From Longimicrobiales bacterium (GTDB lineage Bacteria; Gemmatimonadota; Gemmatimonadetes; Longimicrobiales; Gaopeijiaceae): a stretch of 64,000 bases of DNA. Below the pieces are notes generated by a model. The model worked only from the letters and a program-made list of their open reading frames with translations, did not search any database and had not been told where the DNA came from. Position numbers and translations under genes: made by a program. Of this stretch, positions 9,054-18,943 are shown in pieces (position 1 is the first letter of the stretch; each line of letters opens with the position of its first letter). Location of the stretch: the NCBI GenBank assembly GCA_965116905.1, contig OZ220732.1, positions 2,432,001-2,496,000 of the forward strand. The letters run 5' to 3'.

Positions 9054-9800
9054 TCAGGCCCTGGCCGGCGCCCGGCGGTTGAACTTTCGCCGATAGTACC
9101 GGGTCCAGATGGCGATCGCCGGCAGACCGACGACCGTCGGCAGGATCCATGGCAGGACAGCGAGCGGCCCGGCCAGGTCATAGGCCCACAGGCGCTGAAC
9201 CCCGAACACGGCGAACGCGGTGTGGAAGGCGATGCCGCCGCCCAGCATCGATCCCAGGTGGCTGTAGAACCAGCCCATGCGCTCCGCCTGCGGGTTTCGC
9301 ATCAGCCGCAGCATGTTGCGGCCTGTGAAGAGGCCGATGGGGCTCAGCCCGAGCAGGACCGGCGAGACGTCGGACCACACCGCGACCGCGAACGCGATGA
9401 GGGCGGCGCTGCTGCCGATGGACGCCCACGCGAGCGCCTCGTGGACGGGGGTCCGCAGCGTCTCCGGGTCCCTGCGCGTTGCCAGGACCCGTATCGCCTG
9501 GCGGACCGTCGCGAACGTGACCAACCCCAGGTAGCCCAGAAACAGGGAGATGCCGTACAGGACCGGGTCGTCGGCAAGACCGATCCCCTGAACCTGGTAG
9601 TAGACAATCCGCCCCGCCGCCGCGGTGACCGCCGACAGGGTCACCACGTAGGCGCAGTAGACGAAGACGCGCCCGGCCCGCATGTGCGCCCGGCCGCCCT
9701 TGCGCGCGAACACCGGCACCCAGAACGCCGCCAGGCCGACGAAGCCGGTCGCGACGTGCACCAGGATCAGGATGTCGAAGAGCTGGGGCATGATGGTCAT
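9054..9800 (-). CDS. integral membrane protein, DUF2306-like
   Basis: About 6-7 hydrophobic segments. ILVHVATG..FWVP..KGGRAH..AGRVF and HLGSMLGGGIAFHTAF. ATGA overlap with the padR stop. Confidence 0.75.
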   Translation of the reverse strand: MTIMPQLFDILILVHVATGFVGLAAFWVPVFARKGGRAHMRAGRVFVYCAYVVTLSAVTAAAGRIVYYQVQGIGLADDPVLYGISLFLGYLGLVTFATVRQAIRVLATRRDPETLRTPVHEALAWASIGSSAALIAFAVAVWSDVSPVLLGLSPIGLFTGRNMLRLMRNPQAERMGWFYSHLGSMLGGGIAFHTAFAVFGVQRLWAYDLAGPLAVLPWILPTVVGLPAIAIWTRYYRRKFNRRAPARA

Positions 9801-10417
9801 GACGGCGGACCCTCCTTGCGACCGGGCTCGCCGCCCACCGCGGCCTCGCCGAGTGGCGAGGTGGACGCAAGCCTCCGGTCGATCGCCGCCAGGGTCTCGT
9901 CGCACCACGCCACCTTGGACCCGATGGAATGGATGCCCATCCGGAGGGCCGCGAACTGGTGGAATCCCGCGTCGCCGTAGCGCTCGGGCGCGTCTCCGTA
10001 GGTGGCGAGAATGTCCCGCTCGACCCCTCGGAGCTCGGCCAGCCAGCGCGAGAAGTGGTCGCGAAGCTGTGACATGAAGGCCCGGGTCTCGTGGATGTCC
10101 CCGATTGTGTCCATGAAGTACAGCTGGGCCAGGTACGCGAAACGCTCCGTGCCGACCGCCGGGTCGTCGCGCAGCCAGCGCAGCAGCTCGGCGCGGCCCG
10201 CGTCCGTCAGCGTGTAGACCTTGCGGTCGGGTCCCTTCGGGGACGGCTCCCAGCGGCTGTCGAGCATTTGCCGCTGCTCGAGACGCTTGAGGGTCGGGTA
10301 GATCTGGCTGAGCCGGGCGGACCAGAAGTGCTGCACCGTCTCGCCGAACACGTTCTTGAGGTCGTACCCGGTAGCCGGCTCGCGGAGCAGGCCGAGGAGG
10401 ATGTGATCGAGGCTCAT
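9797..10417 (-). CDS. PadR family transcriptional regulator
   Basis: LDHILLGLL.EPATGYDL...FWSARLSQIYPTLKRLE...PDRKVYTLTDAGR. Confidence 0.92.
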   Translation of the reverse strand: MSLDHILLGLLREPATGYDLKNVFGETVQHFWSARLSQIYPTLKRLEQRQMLDSRWEPSPKGPDRKVYTLTDAGRAELLRWLRDDPAVGTERFAYLAQLYFMDTIGDIHETRAFMSQLRDHFSRWLAELRGVERDILATYGDAPERYGDAGFHQFAALRMGIHSIGSKVAWCDETLAAIDRRLASTSPLGEAAVGGEPGRKEGPPS

Positions 10418-10437
10418 CTCGCTATGGCATTTCCGTG

Positions 10438-10489
10438 ACTATATCAATGTCTATATAGTAACTATATAAGAGTTGCTATAGCAATGCAA
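10438..10489 (-). promoter_or_regulatory. padR promoter (TTGCAT-17-TATAGT) with two tandem ACTATAT-N8-ATATAGT type operators
   Basis: AT-rich island. Perfect IR at 10438-10459 and a 5/7 copy at 10461-10482 covering the -10. Confidence 0.7.
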
Positions 10490-10559
10490 GGGACATGGTC
10501 ACTTCACCGGTTCAGCTTGCGAGCCAGGATCGTGAAGGCTGGCGGCGGCGGCGTTGCGC

Positions 10560-12092
10560 CTACCTGCCGGAAAGCTCCGCCTCCAGATCATCCAGGGCCA
10601 CCGGCCAGCGCGGGTGCCGCGCGGCCCTGATCCGCTCCAGCGGCCCCGCCACGACGGTGACGAAGGCCGACAGATCCAGGTATTCCTGCGCGACCACCTT
10701 GACGTCCTCGGCGGTGACGGCGCCGACAGCCGCGGGCCACGCCATCAGGTGCGCCGTGCCCCCGCGCCGCACGTGTTCCACCGCCAACGTTTCGCTGGCC
10801 GTGGTCGCCAGCTCCAGCGACCGCCGCCAGACCGCGTCCACCAGCCAGCCCTTCGCGCGCGTGACTTCGGCTTCACTCACCGGTTCGTCCGGATCGTACA
10901 TCCGCGCGATCTCGTCGAGGCTGTAGCGGACGAGGGGCGCGACGGCCTCCGGGCGTCCACCCGTGCGCACGACCAGCAGGCCGCTGCCGGACCCGGTGAC
11001 CGGAATCTCGAAGTCGTCGCGGTTGGCCAGGCCGCGTATCTCCCGCGCGGCGATGTTCAGGCGCTCGGCGAGAATGAAGCGGAGCGCGGACAGCGCGGCC
11101 CGATCCGATTCCGGGACGGCACCCACGGCCCGGCCGAGGGCGATCCACCCCTCCAGACTCGGAACGTCGACGCCGTGGAATCGGCTGGAGGCCCCGCCCG
11201 ATGCGGTCGAGGCAGCGTCCGGTGTCGGCTCGACCACGTTGGCCTCCGCTGCCGGCCCACCGCTGGCGGCCCACCCGCGGGTCGCCGACTCCAGGACCTC
11301 CTCGACCTCGTCGCGCGAGACCGCCCCGCCGATTCCGAACACCACGCGGTCCGCCGTCAGACTCCTGGCGGCCAGCGCTCGCACCGCCGCGGGCGAGACC
11401 ATTGTCCCCGGCTGCGGGGGCGCCAGGGGATGCCCGCCCAGCCGCCGCTCGAGTTCCACCTTGGGACGAAAGCCGTTTCCCCCGATCCCGGCCATTGGCA
11501 TGGTGTAGCCGGGACCCGCGCGGTGCGCCCGGATCGCCGCGGCATCCAGGTCGGGATTCCGCACGAGCTCCACGAGAAGCTCCAGTCCCGCCCGCCAGTC
11601 TTCCGGAAGCACGTGGATGGAGATGTGCGTGACGTCGAGGGTCTCGACAGTGCTCAGCGAGGTGCCCAACTCGGCGAGGCGGAGCGAGAGCGGGCCGCTG
11701 GCGCCAGCCGGACCTCGGGTGGTCAACAGTTGCGTCACAAGCGCCGACGCACCCGCCTCGCCCTCGGCCTCGTGGAGTCGGCCGAGCGGAAGCGCGGCTG
11801 TGATACGCACCAGCGGATCGGCGGTCCCCCCGGGCACGATATAGGCCCTCACGCCGCCCGACGTCTCGAAAAGGGCTGCTTCCGGGTCGGGCGGTGTGAA
11901 CGCGGCGGGTCCCAGGGCGAGCTCGCTCGGGTCCGCCCAGCCGTGCTCGAAGATCGGCCGCGAGTGGCCAGGGAGCGTGTCGCCGGCCCTGTCACATCCG
12001 CCAGGCGCGCCCACCACGAGCACCATTGCTGCCACCCCAAATCGGGTGACCGGCCTCCGTCGCGAGCCTCTGACGCGCCTCCGCGCACTCAT
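10560..12092 (-). CDS. M16 (insulinase/pitrilysin) family non-catalytic subunit
   Basis: M16 features (LAERLNIAAREIRGLA, VTAEDVKVVAQEYL) but no HxxEH. ATGA overlap with the upstream M16 gene. Confidence 0.75.
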   Translation of the reverse strand: MSARRRVRGSRRRPVTRFGVAAMVLVVGAPGGCDRAGDTLPGHSRPIFEHGWADPSELALGPAAFTPPDPEAALFETSGGVRAYIVPGGTADPLVRITAALPLGRLHEAEGEAGASALVTQLLTTRGPAGASGPLSLRLAELGTSLSTVETLDVTHISIHVLPEDWRAGLELLVELVRNPDLDAAAIRAHRAGPGYTMPMAGIGGNGFRPKVELERRLGGHPLAPPQPGTMVSPAAVRALAARSLTADRVVFGIGGAVSRDEVEEVLESATRGWAASGGPAAEANVVEPTPDAASTASGGASSRFHGVDVPSLEGWIALGRAVGAVPESDRAALSALRFILAERLNIAAREIRGLANRDDFEIPVTGSGSGLLVVRTGGRPEAVAPLVRYSLDEIARMYDPDEPVSEAEVTRAKGWLVDAVWRRSLELATTASETLAVEHVRRGGTAHLMAWPAAVGAVTAEDVKVVAQEYLDLSAFVTVVAGPLERIRAARHPRWPVALDDLEAELSGR

Positions 12093-13753
12093 CGTCCGTC
12101 TCCCGGCAGGTCCGCCCACAGGAAGTCCAGCCAGCTGGGCCCGCTTCCCTCGGGAGGTTCGGCGCGCGCGGTGGCGATGACCCGGTTGGAGGGCACGAAG
12201 TACGTCGCCGCGACCCGCTGCACGTCCGCCACTGTCGCCGCGTCCCTCGCCGCGATGAGGTTGGGCAGGACCCTCCAGTTGTTCATCGCAAAGTGATGCC
12301 CGATCAGGAACGCGAGTTCCTGGGGATTGTCGAGGAACTCCGCCCACTCCACGCGCAGCCGTTTGCGTGCCCGCTCCAGCGCACCGGCGTCGATACGCCC
12401 CTCGCGCAGGTCGTCCACAACCTCCAGCAGCGCCCGCTCGACCGCCGCCAGATCACCGTCACCCGCCGCCTGCGCCACCAGGTTGAATGCGCCGGGCGAC
12501 CCGAAGCGGTGCGTATGGATCACGCGAAAGTCCGCCGACACCGCAGCCGACAAGCCACTCGCCGAAACCGCCTGGCCGGCCATGCCGTGCGGCCCGCCCA
12601 GCAGGGCGGCAACCAGGTCCAGCACCGGCCGATCCGGATGCCCCATCCCCGGAATCCGATACCGCACGTGCACCTGCGGCGACAGCGGCTCCGTCCAGTC
12701 GAGCCGAACCGATCCGCCCGGCACCTGCTCGGCCTCGACGTCCAGATCGGCGGGCGGCTCGGGCCCCCTCGGCAGCGCGCCGAAATACCGTTCCGCGAGC
12801 GGCACCACCTCGTCCATCGTCATGTCGCCCACCAGAACCAGCGTCGCGTTGTTGGGCACGAAGTAGTCGTCGTAGATCCGCCACATCGCGGCCCGCGTGA
12901 AGTTCGCAAAGTCCGGCAGATGCCCGCCGTCCGGCGTGTAGACCGGGTGCGACTGCGCCGTGACACCGTCGATCGCCTCGTTGAAGCGCGTCTGCGGCCG
13001 ACTCAGTCCCCCGAGCACCTGTTCCAGCACCGTGAACCGCTGCGCCTCCCACCCTCGCAGGACCGCGTTGACCATCCGGTCCGCCTCGAACCGGAAGAAG
13101 AGTTCCATGTGCTCCGGCGGGAGCGCCATGTTCATCTCCATGTAGTCCTGCTCGGTGCTGGCCGGAACCGGGTCCGTGTGGCGCACGTACCCGCCGTGCT
13201 CCATGTACCACTTGTAGGTGGTCCAGAAGTCCCGGTACTCGTTGTCCTGGTCCTCGAGCTCGTACAGCCGCGCCCTCAAGGCCTGCATCTCGGGGGTCTC
13301 CGGCCACCCCAGCTCATCGAAGAAGACACCCCGCTCCCGAAGCAGATTGCGGTCCCGGTTCCGCACCGCGATCAGCTCCTGCTCCGTGTCATGGATCTCG
13401 CGCAGGATCGGCAGCTCGGCGGCCAGGTCGCGGGTGCCGATCGTCGTCGTCCCCTGGTGGATCACGTGCTCCAGAAAGTGAACGATGCCGTGCAGCCCCT
13501 CGGGCTCCAGCATCGACCCGACCCGAAACCACAGGTTGGCGGCCACGCGAGGCGCCCGGTGATCCTCCACGAGCACGATCGTGAAGCCGTTGTCGAGCAC
13601 ATGCTCCTGGACCTGGAGCGATGGGGAAGGGGATTGGGGAATGAGAGCGGCGTCCGGCGGGCCCGCGGACGGCCCCGCCTCCGAATCAGGCGCCGTTGGC
13701 CACGCGAGGGCAGCGATCATGCCCACGGAAAGGATGAAGAGCAGGATCCTCAT
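12089..13753 (-). CDS. M16B zinc peptidase-family protein (HFLEH), secreted
   Basis: Signal peptide MRILLFILSVG, LDNGFTI, RVGS..E..GLHGIVHFLEHVI, YFVPNNATLVLVGD. Confidence 0.88.
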   Translation of the reverse strand: MRILLFILSVGMIAALAWPTAPDSEAGPSAGPPDAALIPQSPSPSLQVQEHVLDNGFTIVLVEDHRAPRVAANLWFRVGSMLEPEGLHGIVHFLEHVIHQGTTTIGTRDLAAELPILREIHDTEQELIAVRNRDRNLLRERGVFFDELGWPETPEMQALRARLYELEDQDNEYRDFWTTYKWYMEHGGYVRHTDPVPASTEQDYMEMNMALPPEHMELFFRFEADRMVNAVLRGWEAQRFTVLEQVLGGLSRPQTRFNEAIDGVTAQSHPVYTPDGGHLPDFANFTRAAMWRIYDDYFVPNNATLVLVGDMTMDEVVPLAERYFGALPRGPEPPADLDVEAEQVPGGSVRLDWTEPLSPQVHVRYRIPGMGHPDRPVLDLVAALLGGPHGMAGQAVSASGLSAAVSADFRVIHTHRFGSPGAFNLVAQAAGDGDLAAVERALLEVVDDLREGRIDAGALERARKRLRVEWAEFLDNPQELAFLIGHHFAMNNWRVLPNLIAARDAATVADVQRVAATYFVPSNRVIATARAEPPEGSGPSWLDFLWADLPGDGR

Positions 13754-13973
13754 AACTGCGGCCCTCCGAATCCCTGGTGACGAACGGTGCTGCCATGCAG
13801 AATGCGGCGCGGTGCTGCGTCGGGCCAGTGGGGGCGGCTGAAATCCGGCCCATTCAGCCATTCGAGCGCCCCTGCGTTCCACCCAACTTGGTCTCTGGTC
13901 CACGCCCCAAGGCCCCGTTCACAGAACCCCGGAGACCAGCCCCTTGCGAAACGTCAGGAATCCAACCCCGTCC

Positions 13974-14003
13974 TTGCCCACGTGTACCGCATGGCGGTAC
14001 GTT
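13974..14003 (+). promoter_or_regulatory. putative higBA promoter (TTGCCC-18-TACGTT) with operator GTACCGC-N3-GCGGTAC
   Basis: Perfect 7-bp inverted repeat at 13984-14000 overlapping the -10. GTG of the higB stub at 14009. Confidence 0.6.
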
Positions 14004-14008
14004 TCGCC

Positions 14009-14086
14009 GTGATCCGATCGCTTCGGCACAGGGGTCTGAAGCGGTTCCATGAGCGCGGAGACGGAGAACTGCCAACATGCCCATGA
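14009..14086 (+). pseudogene. higB: HigB (RelE/ParE) toxin remnant, N-terminal ~18 codons only
   Basis: [18 protein letters not shown] matches the typical HigB start (MIxSFxHKGLKxF.E.G) and then runs straight into the higA RBS. Confidence 0.8.
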
Positions 14087-14385
14087 AGGATCCCCCCCAC
14101 CCCGGACTGAGCATCCTGATAGACTGCTTGGAGCCCTTGGGCCTGACCGTAACCAGGGCATCTGAAATCCTCGGTGTGGCCCGTCATACGCTTTCCCGGG
14201 TTCTCCATGGTCACGCGGCGATTTCGCCGGAGATGGCGATCCGCCTGGAGAAGGCCGGCTGGTCCAACGCCGACTTCTGGATGCGTCGGCAGGCAGCGTA
14301 CGACCTCGCCCAGGCTCGGAAAAACGAGGACCGGATCAAGGTCGAGCGATGCTGGTCGCCTGACGCCCGCCCGGCTAACCGTTAA
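14077..14385 (+). CDS. higA: HigA family antitoxin (HTH)
   Basis: MKDPPHPG...[38 protein letters not shown]...[11 protein letters not shown]. Confidence 0.92.
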   Translation: MPMKDPPHPGLSILIDCLEPLGLTVTRASEILGVARHTLSRVLHGHAAISPEMAIRLEKAGWSNADFWMRRQAAYDLAQARKNEDRIKVERCWSPDARPANR

Positions 14386-15391
14386 TCCACGCCCTCCAAG
14401 CCTCGACATCCGTTCCGAAGTCCTCGCCACTGACGGCCCTCAGGAAGTTCACGGCGGGCTCTCGGGTCCGTTCATGCTCGGCCCCGACGTGCGCAAGCAG
14501 CAGGTCCGGGCTCTCGCGTACCAGCTGCCGCGCGAGCTCGGGGTCAACGTCCGTAGCAACCAGGACTTGCAGGATCTCGCGAAACGCCCACGGATTGGTG
14601 CCGTCGAGTAGCGCCGACAAATGAGCGCGGGCCCCGGTCCATTCGACGGGGTCCATCACTGGCGCAACCAGGCTCTCGAACATGATCAGGGCCACCGAGC
14701 TGACCTGGTAGGCGGGATCGACCAGCGAACCGATCAGCGCGTGCCACGACGTGTCGTCGTCCATGAAGTTGCCGAGCACAAGGGTCGCGATCGACCGTGC
14801 CGCCCAGGATGGGTCGCTGGCCAGAACTTCATGGGCGAGGAGGCGGTCTTCCTCGCCGTCCGCACTGTCGATGAGGTCCCACAGTTCATCAACGGTCTCG
14901 GGATCGGCACCCATTCGTGCGGCACGGCGCCCGGCGCGGTCGAAGACGGTATTGAAGAGGCCAGCGCGCAGGTGGCGCGTCTCCGCAGCCGCTCTGAGCA
15001 ACCGAATGTCCTCGCGAGCAACCGTGCTCAGGTCTCGCCAGGTCTCCGGAAGAGTAACCGACTCACTGCCTGGCGCGCGATGCCGGACTCGGGTGCTGTC
15101 CTCCACGCCGATCACAACCGTGTATGAGTCGCGTGCCAGCAGGTTGTGGTAGCTGGTCGCGGTCGCCTCCGCAAATCCCAGTTCGAACCTCATGACGGCG
15201 GCGCAGGCGCTGAAGGGACGGTCGGGATCGAGCTCCTGAATGGCGTCGAACAGCTCCTGGGCGCTCCAGTCCTGCAACCCGATGAACTCGACGGGTCCGT
15301 CGGGTCCGGCAATGACCTGACCGGCGCCTTGCGACGCGGTCACGGTCAGTGCCAGCAACACGCCCACGACCACTCCAGCGACCGCGCGCAT
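14375..15391 (-). CDS. secreted hypothetical protein, possibly helical/HEAT-like repeats
   Basis: Signal peptide and natural composition. Starts 1 nt after the tricorn stop. Confidence 0.7.
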   Translation of the reverse strand: MRAVAGVVVGVLLALTVTASQGAGQVIAGPDGPVEFIGLQDWSAQELFDAIQELDPDRPFSACAAVMRFELGFAEATATSYHNLLARDSYTVVIGVEDSTRVRHRAPGSESVTLPETWRDLSTVAREDIRLLRAAAETRHLRAGLFNTVFDRAGRRAARMGADPETVDELWDLIDSADGEEDRLLAHEVLASDPSWAARSIATLVLGNFMDDDTSWHALIGSLVDPAYQVSSVALIMFESLVAPVMDPVEWTGARAHLSALLDGTNPWAFREILQVLVATDVDPELARQLVRESPDLLLAHVGAEHERTREPAVNFLRAVSGEDFGTDVEAWRAWING

Positions 15392-15392
15392 C

Positions 15393-18300
15393 CTACATCC
15401 CCCCCGGCCGTCTGGCCCGCACCGGCGGATCCGGCTCCGCCAGGATCTCCACGGCCTCCGTCTCCAGCAGCCGCATCGCCTCGGCCACCGCGGCCTCCAG
15501 CTGCGGATCGCGCCCCGCGATCACGTCGGCCGGGATCTGCCGCACCTCGATGTCGGGCGCGACCCCCTCGTTCTCCACCTTCCACTCGCCGTTCAGGTCG
15601 AAGAAGCCGCCGCGCGGCGCGGTCACCAGGCCGCCGTCGATCAGCGGGGGCACGTCCCAGATCCCGACCAGACCGCCCCACGTCCTTGTTCCCACCAGCG
15701 GGCCGATCCCCCGGAAGCGGAACATGTACGGCAGAAGGTCGCCGCCCGATCCCGCCGCGTCGTTGATGATCATGACCTTGGGGCCCCAGATCCCGGCCCC
15801 GGGCAGCCGGAACGGGGTTCGGTCGCCGGCGGGGTTGTTGAAGTAGCCCATCAGCGGCCGGGCCATCAGGTCGACGATGTAGTCGGCCGCCGAGCCGCCG
15901 CCGTTGTAGCGCTCGTCCACGACCGCGCCGTCGCGGTCCTGCTGCGCGAAGTAGTAGCGGTTGAAGTAGGTGTAGCCGCCCTGCGCCGTGTTGGGGAGCC
16001 AGACGTAGGCGAGCCGGCCGCCTGACATCTCGTCGACCTTGCGGCGGTTGTCCTCGACCCACTCGCGCGACCGCAGCGCGCCCTCGTTGCCCACCGGGAC
16101 GACCTGCACGACCCGTGAGCTCTCGCCGTCCGGCGTCGCGCCCACCCGCAGCGCCACCTGCCGCCCGACCGTGCCCTCGAACAGGCTGTACGGGTTGGTG
16201 GGCGCGCGCAGTTCGACCCCGTCCACCGCGATGATGTAGTCGCCCTCGGCGACATCGGTCCCGGGCGCGCTCAACGGCGATTCCAGCCCCGGGTTCCAGT
16301 TCTCGCCGGTGTAGATGTGGGCGATGCGGTAGCGCCCCGCGTCCTCCTCCAGGTCCGCGCCCAGGAGCCCGACGGGCACGGTCTCGACATCGGGGTTGTC
16401 GCCGCCGAAGACGTACGAGTGCCCGATCGCGACCTCGCCGGCGAGCATGTCGAGGAGGTAGTTCATGTCGGAGCGGTGCGCGACGTGGTCGATCCAGGGC
16501 TCGTACATGCCACGGACGGCAGGCCAGTCGGCACCGTGGACGTTCTCGACGTAGAGGAAGTCGCGCTGGTAGCGCCACGCTTCGCGGAAGAGCTGCCGCC
16601 ACTCCTCGCGCGGGTCCACGCGCATGCGCACCGCCGTGTCGATCGTGCCCTCGCCGACGCTGGGGCTCCCGGAGGTCCCGACCACGCCCCACGACGGGCC
16701 GCTCTGGTAGAGCAGCTTCTGCCCGTCCGCCGAGACGCTGAACTGCTGGACCGGCGTCAGGAAGGGGGTGGCCTCGTCGTCATCGAGCGAATAGCGGTAG
16801 AGCGTGCCGGCGCCGGGACCCGTCAGGGCCGCCATGGCCCCCGCGCCGCCCGCGCCCGGTCCGGTGAAGAAGACGACCCCTTCGGGCCCCGCCGCGAGAG
16901 CCGAGTAGTTGCGCGCCGGGATCCCGGCCGCGAGGATGCGCTGCCCCATCCCTTCGAAGTCGATGCGGATGTCGTCCCCGCCGGTGTCGTCCGCGTCGCC
17001 GCCGCCCATGTCGCCGCTCTCATCCCCCTCATCCTCGTCCGCCGTGTCGTTTGCCGCCTCCTCGTCGCTCACGGGCAGGAACGGAGAGGGCTCATCGGCC
17101 TGGAGCACGGCCAGGTAGAGCGCGCGGCGCACCGGACGCTCGTAGGAGGTCATGTCGAGCCAGCCGCTGCTCAGCGCGTAGTCGGTGCTGGCCAGGAAGT
17201 AGAGGTACTTGCCGCCCGCGTCCCAGGCGGGGGCGAGCGCGTCGGAGAGGCCGTCGGTGAGCTGGCGGGTGTTGCCGTCGGCGAGCGAGTGGACCATGAC
17301 GACGTGGAACTGGCTGTCGAGGCGCTTGGCGTAGGCCAGCCAGCGGGAGTCGGGGGACCATACGGGATCGATGGTGCGCAGCGGATGCGCGTACCGGTCG
17401 GTGTCGACGAGGGTGACGTCGCCGCTCGCGACCTCGACGCGCCAGAGGTTGAGGTCGGTGTCGGTGAAGGCGAGGTGTTCGGAGTCGGGGGACCAGGTGG
17501 GGGTGAAGAAGAAGGTGGGGTTCGGAATGACGATTTCGCGGGGCTCGCCCTGGCCGTCCTGCGAGCCGATCATGAGCCGGTACTCGCCCGACGCATCCGA
17601 GAACCAGGAGACGTGGCGGCCGTCGGGGGACCACGCGGGGCTGCGGTCGGCGACCCCGGAGGTGCGCGTCAGGTTGCGCCAGTCGCCGTCCTCGGTGGGC
17701 ACGGTGAAGATGTCGCCGCGGGCCTCGAAGAGCGCGCGCACGCCGGTGGGCGAGAGCGACGCGTTCTGCAGGGCGCCGCCGACGTCCTCCCAGTGGGCGC
17801 GCAGCCAGGGGAAATCGCCCCGCACGGTGATGTCGACCTGCTCGGCCGTGCCGCTGGCCGGGTCGAGAAGATGGATGTAGCCGCCCTGCTCGTAGACGAC
17901 CGCGCCGCCGCCCGCGTCGAGGCCCTTGACGTCGAAATCGGCGTGCCGGGTGACCTGCCGCACGGTCTGCGAGCCGGTGTCGTAGGCCCAGATGTTGGTC
18001 GCCCAGTCGCGGTCGGAGAGGAAATACACCTCGCTGCCGAGCCAGACCGGATCAAGGTCGTTGCTGTCCTCCCACGGGACCTCCTCGAGCGCCCAGTCAT
18101 CCGTGTCGACGATCCACACCGGGTTGACCTGGCCGCCGCGGTAGCCCCGCCACTCGGCGTCGTTGAGCTGCCGCTGCTGGTACGCGAAGCGCGAGCCGTC
18201 GGCGGAGAAATCGCCCGTCAGCCCGCGCGGAATCGGCATTTCCTCGGGCAGGCTGCCGTCGAGGCCGACCGTGAAGAACCGGGGGTACGCGATCGGCGCG

Positions 18301-18686
18301 CTGGTGCGCCCGGAGTTGAAGACGACGCGGCCGCCGTCGTGCGTCCAGCCGACGACCTGATCCGAGCCGGGATGCCAGGTAAGGCGTTTTGGGGTCCCTC
18401 CTTTGGAGGGCAGGACGTAGACATCGGTATTGCCGTCGTACTGGGCGCTGAAGGCGATGTGCCGCCCGTCAGGGGAGAAGTGAGGGTCGGTTTCCTGGCC
18501 CTGGAAGGTGGTGAGGCGCATGGCCTCCCCGCCGGCCCGGTCCACGATCCACAGGTCGTTGGCGTACGCGAACGCGATGTGCGTGGCGCTGACCGTGGGC
18601 TGGCGCAGGAGCCGAGTGGACTCCTGGGCGGTGGCGGGGGGCGCGGCGAGGGCGGCGGCCGTGGCGATGGCGAGTAGGAAAGTCAC
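15393..18686 (-). CDS. tricorn protease homolog (S41 family, PDZ)
   Basis: LLRQP..S..HIAFAY, PD40-like SPDG repeats, AIGHSY, VDERYNGGG, catalytic AGSGGD and GTRTWGG. GTG start with GGAG RBS. Confidence 0.95.
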   Translation of the reverse strand: MTFLLAIATAAALAAPPATAQESTRLLRQPTVSATHIAFAYANDLWIVDRAGGEAMRLTTFQGQETDPHFSPDGRHIAFSAQYDGNTDVYVLPSKGGTPKRLTWHPGSDQVVGWTHDGGRVVFNSGRTSAPIAYPRFFTVGLDGSLPEEMPIPRGLTGDFSADGSRFAYQQRQLNDAEWRGYRGGQVNPVWIVDTDDWALEEVPWEDSNDLDPVWLGSEVYFLSDRDWATNIWAYDTGSQTVRQVTRHADFDVKGLDAGGGAVVYEQGGYIHLLDPASGTAEQVDITVRGDFPWLRAHWEDVGGALQNASLSPTGVRALFEARGDIFTVPTEDGDWRNLTRTSGVADRSPAWSPDGRHVSWFSDASGEYRLMIGSQDGQGEPREIVIPNPTFFFTPTWSPDSEHLAFTDTDLNLWRVEVASGDVTLVDTDRYAHPLRTIDPVWSPDSRWLAYAKRLDSQFHVVMVHSLADGNTRQLTDGLSDALAPAWDAGGKYLYFLASTDYALSSGWLDMTSYERPVRRALYLAVLQADEPSPFLPVSDEEAANDTADEDEGDESGDMGGGDADDTGGDDIRIDFEGMGQRILAAGIPARNYSALAAGPEGVVFFTGPGAGGAGAMAALTGPGAGTLYRYSLDDDEATPFLTPVQQFSVSADGQKLLYQSGPSWGVVGTSGSPSVGEGTIDTAVRMRVDPREEWRQLFREAWRYQRDFLYVENVHGADWPAVRGMYEPWIDHVAHRSDMNYLLDMLAGEVAIGHSYVFGGDNPDVETVPVGLLGADLEEDAGRYRIAHIYTGENWNPGLESPLSAPGTDVAEGDYIIAVDGVELRAPTNPYSLFEGTVGRQVALRVGATPDGESSRVVQVVPVGNEGALRSREWVEDNRRKVDEMSGGRLAYVWLPNTAQGGYTYFNRYYFAQQDRDGAVVDERYNGGGSAADYIVDLMARPLMGYFNNPAGDRTPFRLPGAGIWGPKVMIINDAAGSGGDLLPYMFRFRGIGPLVGTRTWGGLVGIWDVPPLIDGGLVTAPRGGFFDLNGEWKVENEGVAPDIEVRQIPADVIAGRDPQLEAAVAEAMRLLETEAVEILAEPDPPVRARRPGGM

Positions 18687-18889
18687 TTCAGGTTCTCCGT
18701 TGGGCTGGCGTTTCGCTTCGGGTGGTGTCCCGCACTCTCTGTGTGCGGCGGGCCATGGACAATAGTTGCTTGCGACGGCCACCGCAGTTTGGCGCCGCGC
18801 CGAGTGCCCACGACGATAGGCTCCGGCAGGCGATGGCAAAAATTGGCAAAGTGGTCCGCGACGGCTCCCGCGACCCTCGCTTGCGCCCC

Positions 18890-18943
18890 GGCCTGCCGTG
18901 GCCTACCCGTGGGCCTACCGTGGCCTACCGTAGGGGCCTACCG
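18890..18943. repeat. five degenerate tandem copies of GGCCTACCGT
   Basis: Read directly; the last copy contains the stop codon of the CocE/NonD gene. Confidence 0.8.

Noticed and set aside
16317..18677. 786-aa plus-strand ORF
   Set aside because: Antisense shadow of the tricorn protease.
18834..18850. possible sigma54 promoter TGGCAAAAATTGGCA
   Set aside because: GG-to-GC spacing is 9 rather than 10, and it points away from the neighbouring minus-strand genes.
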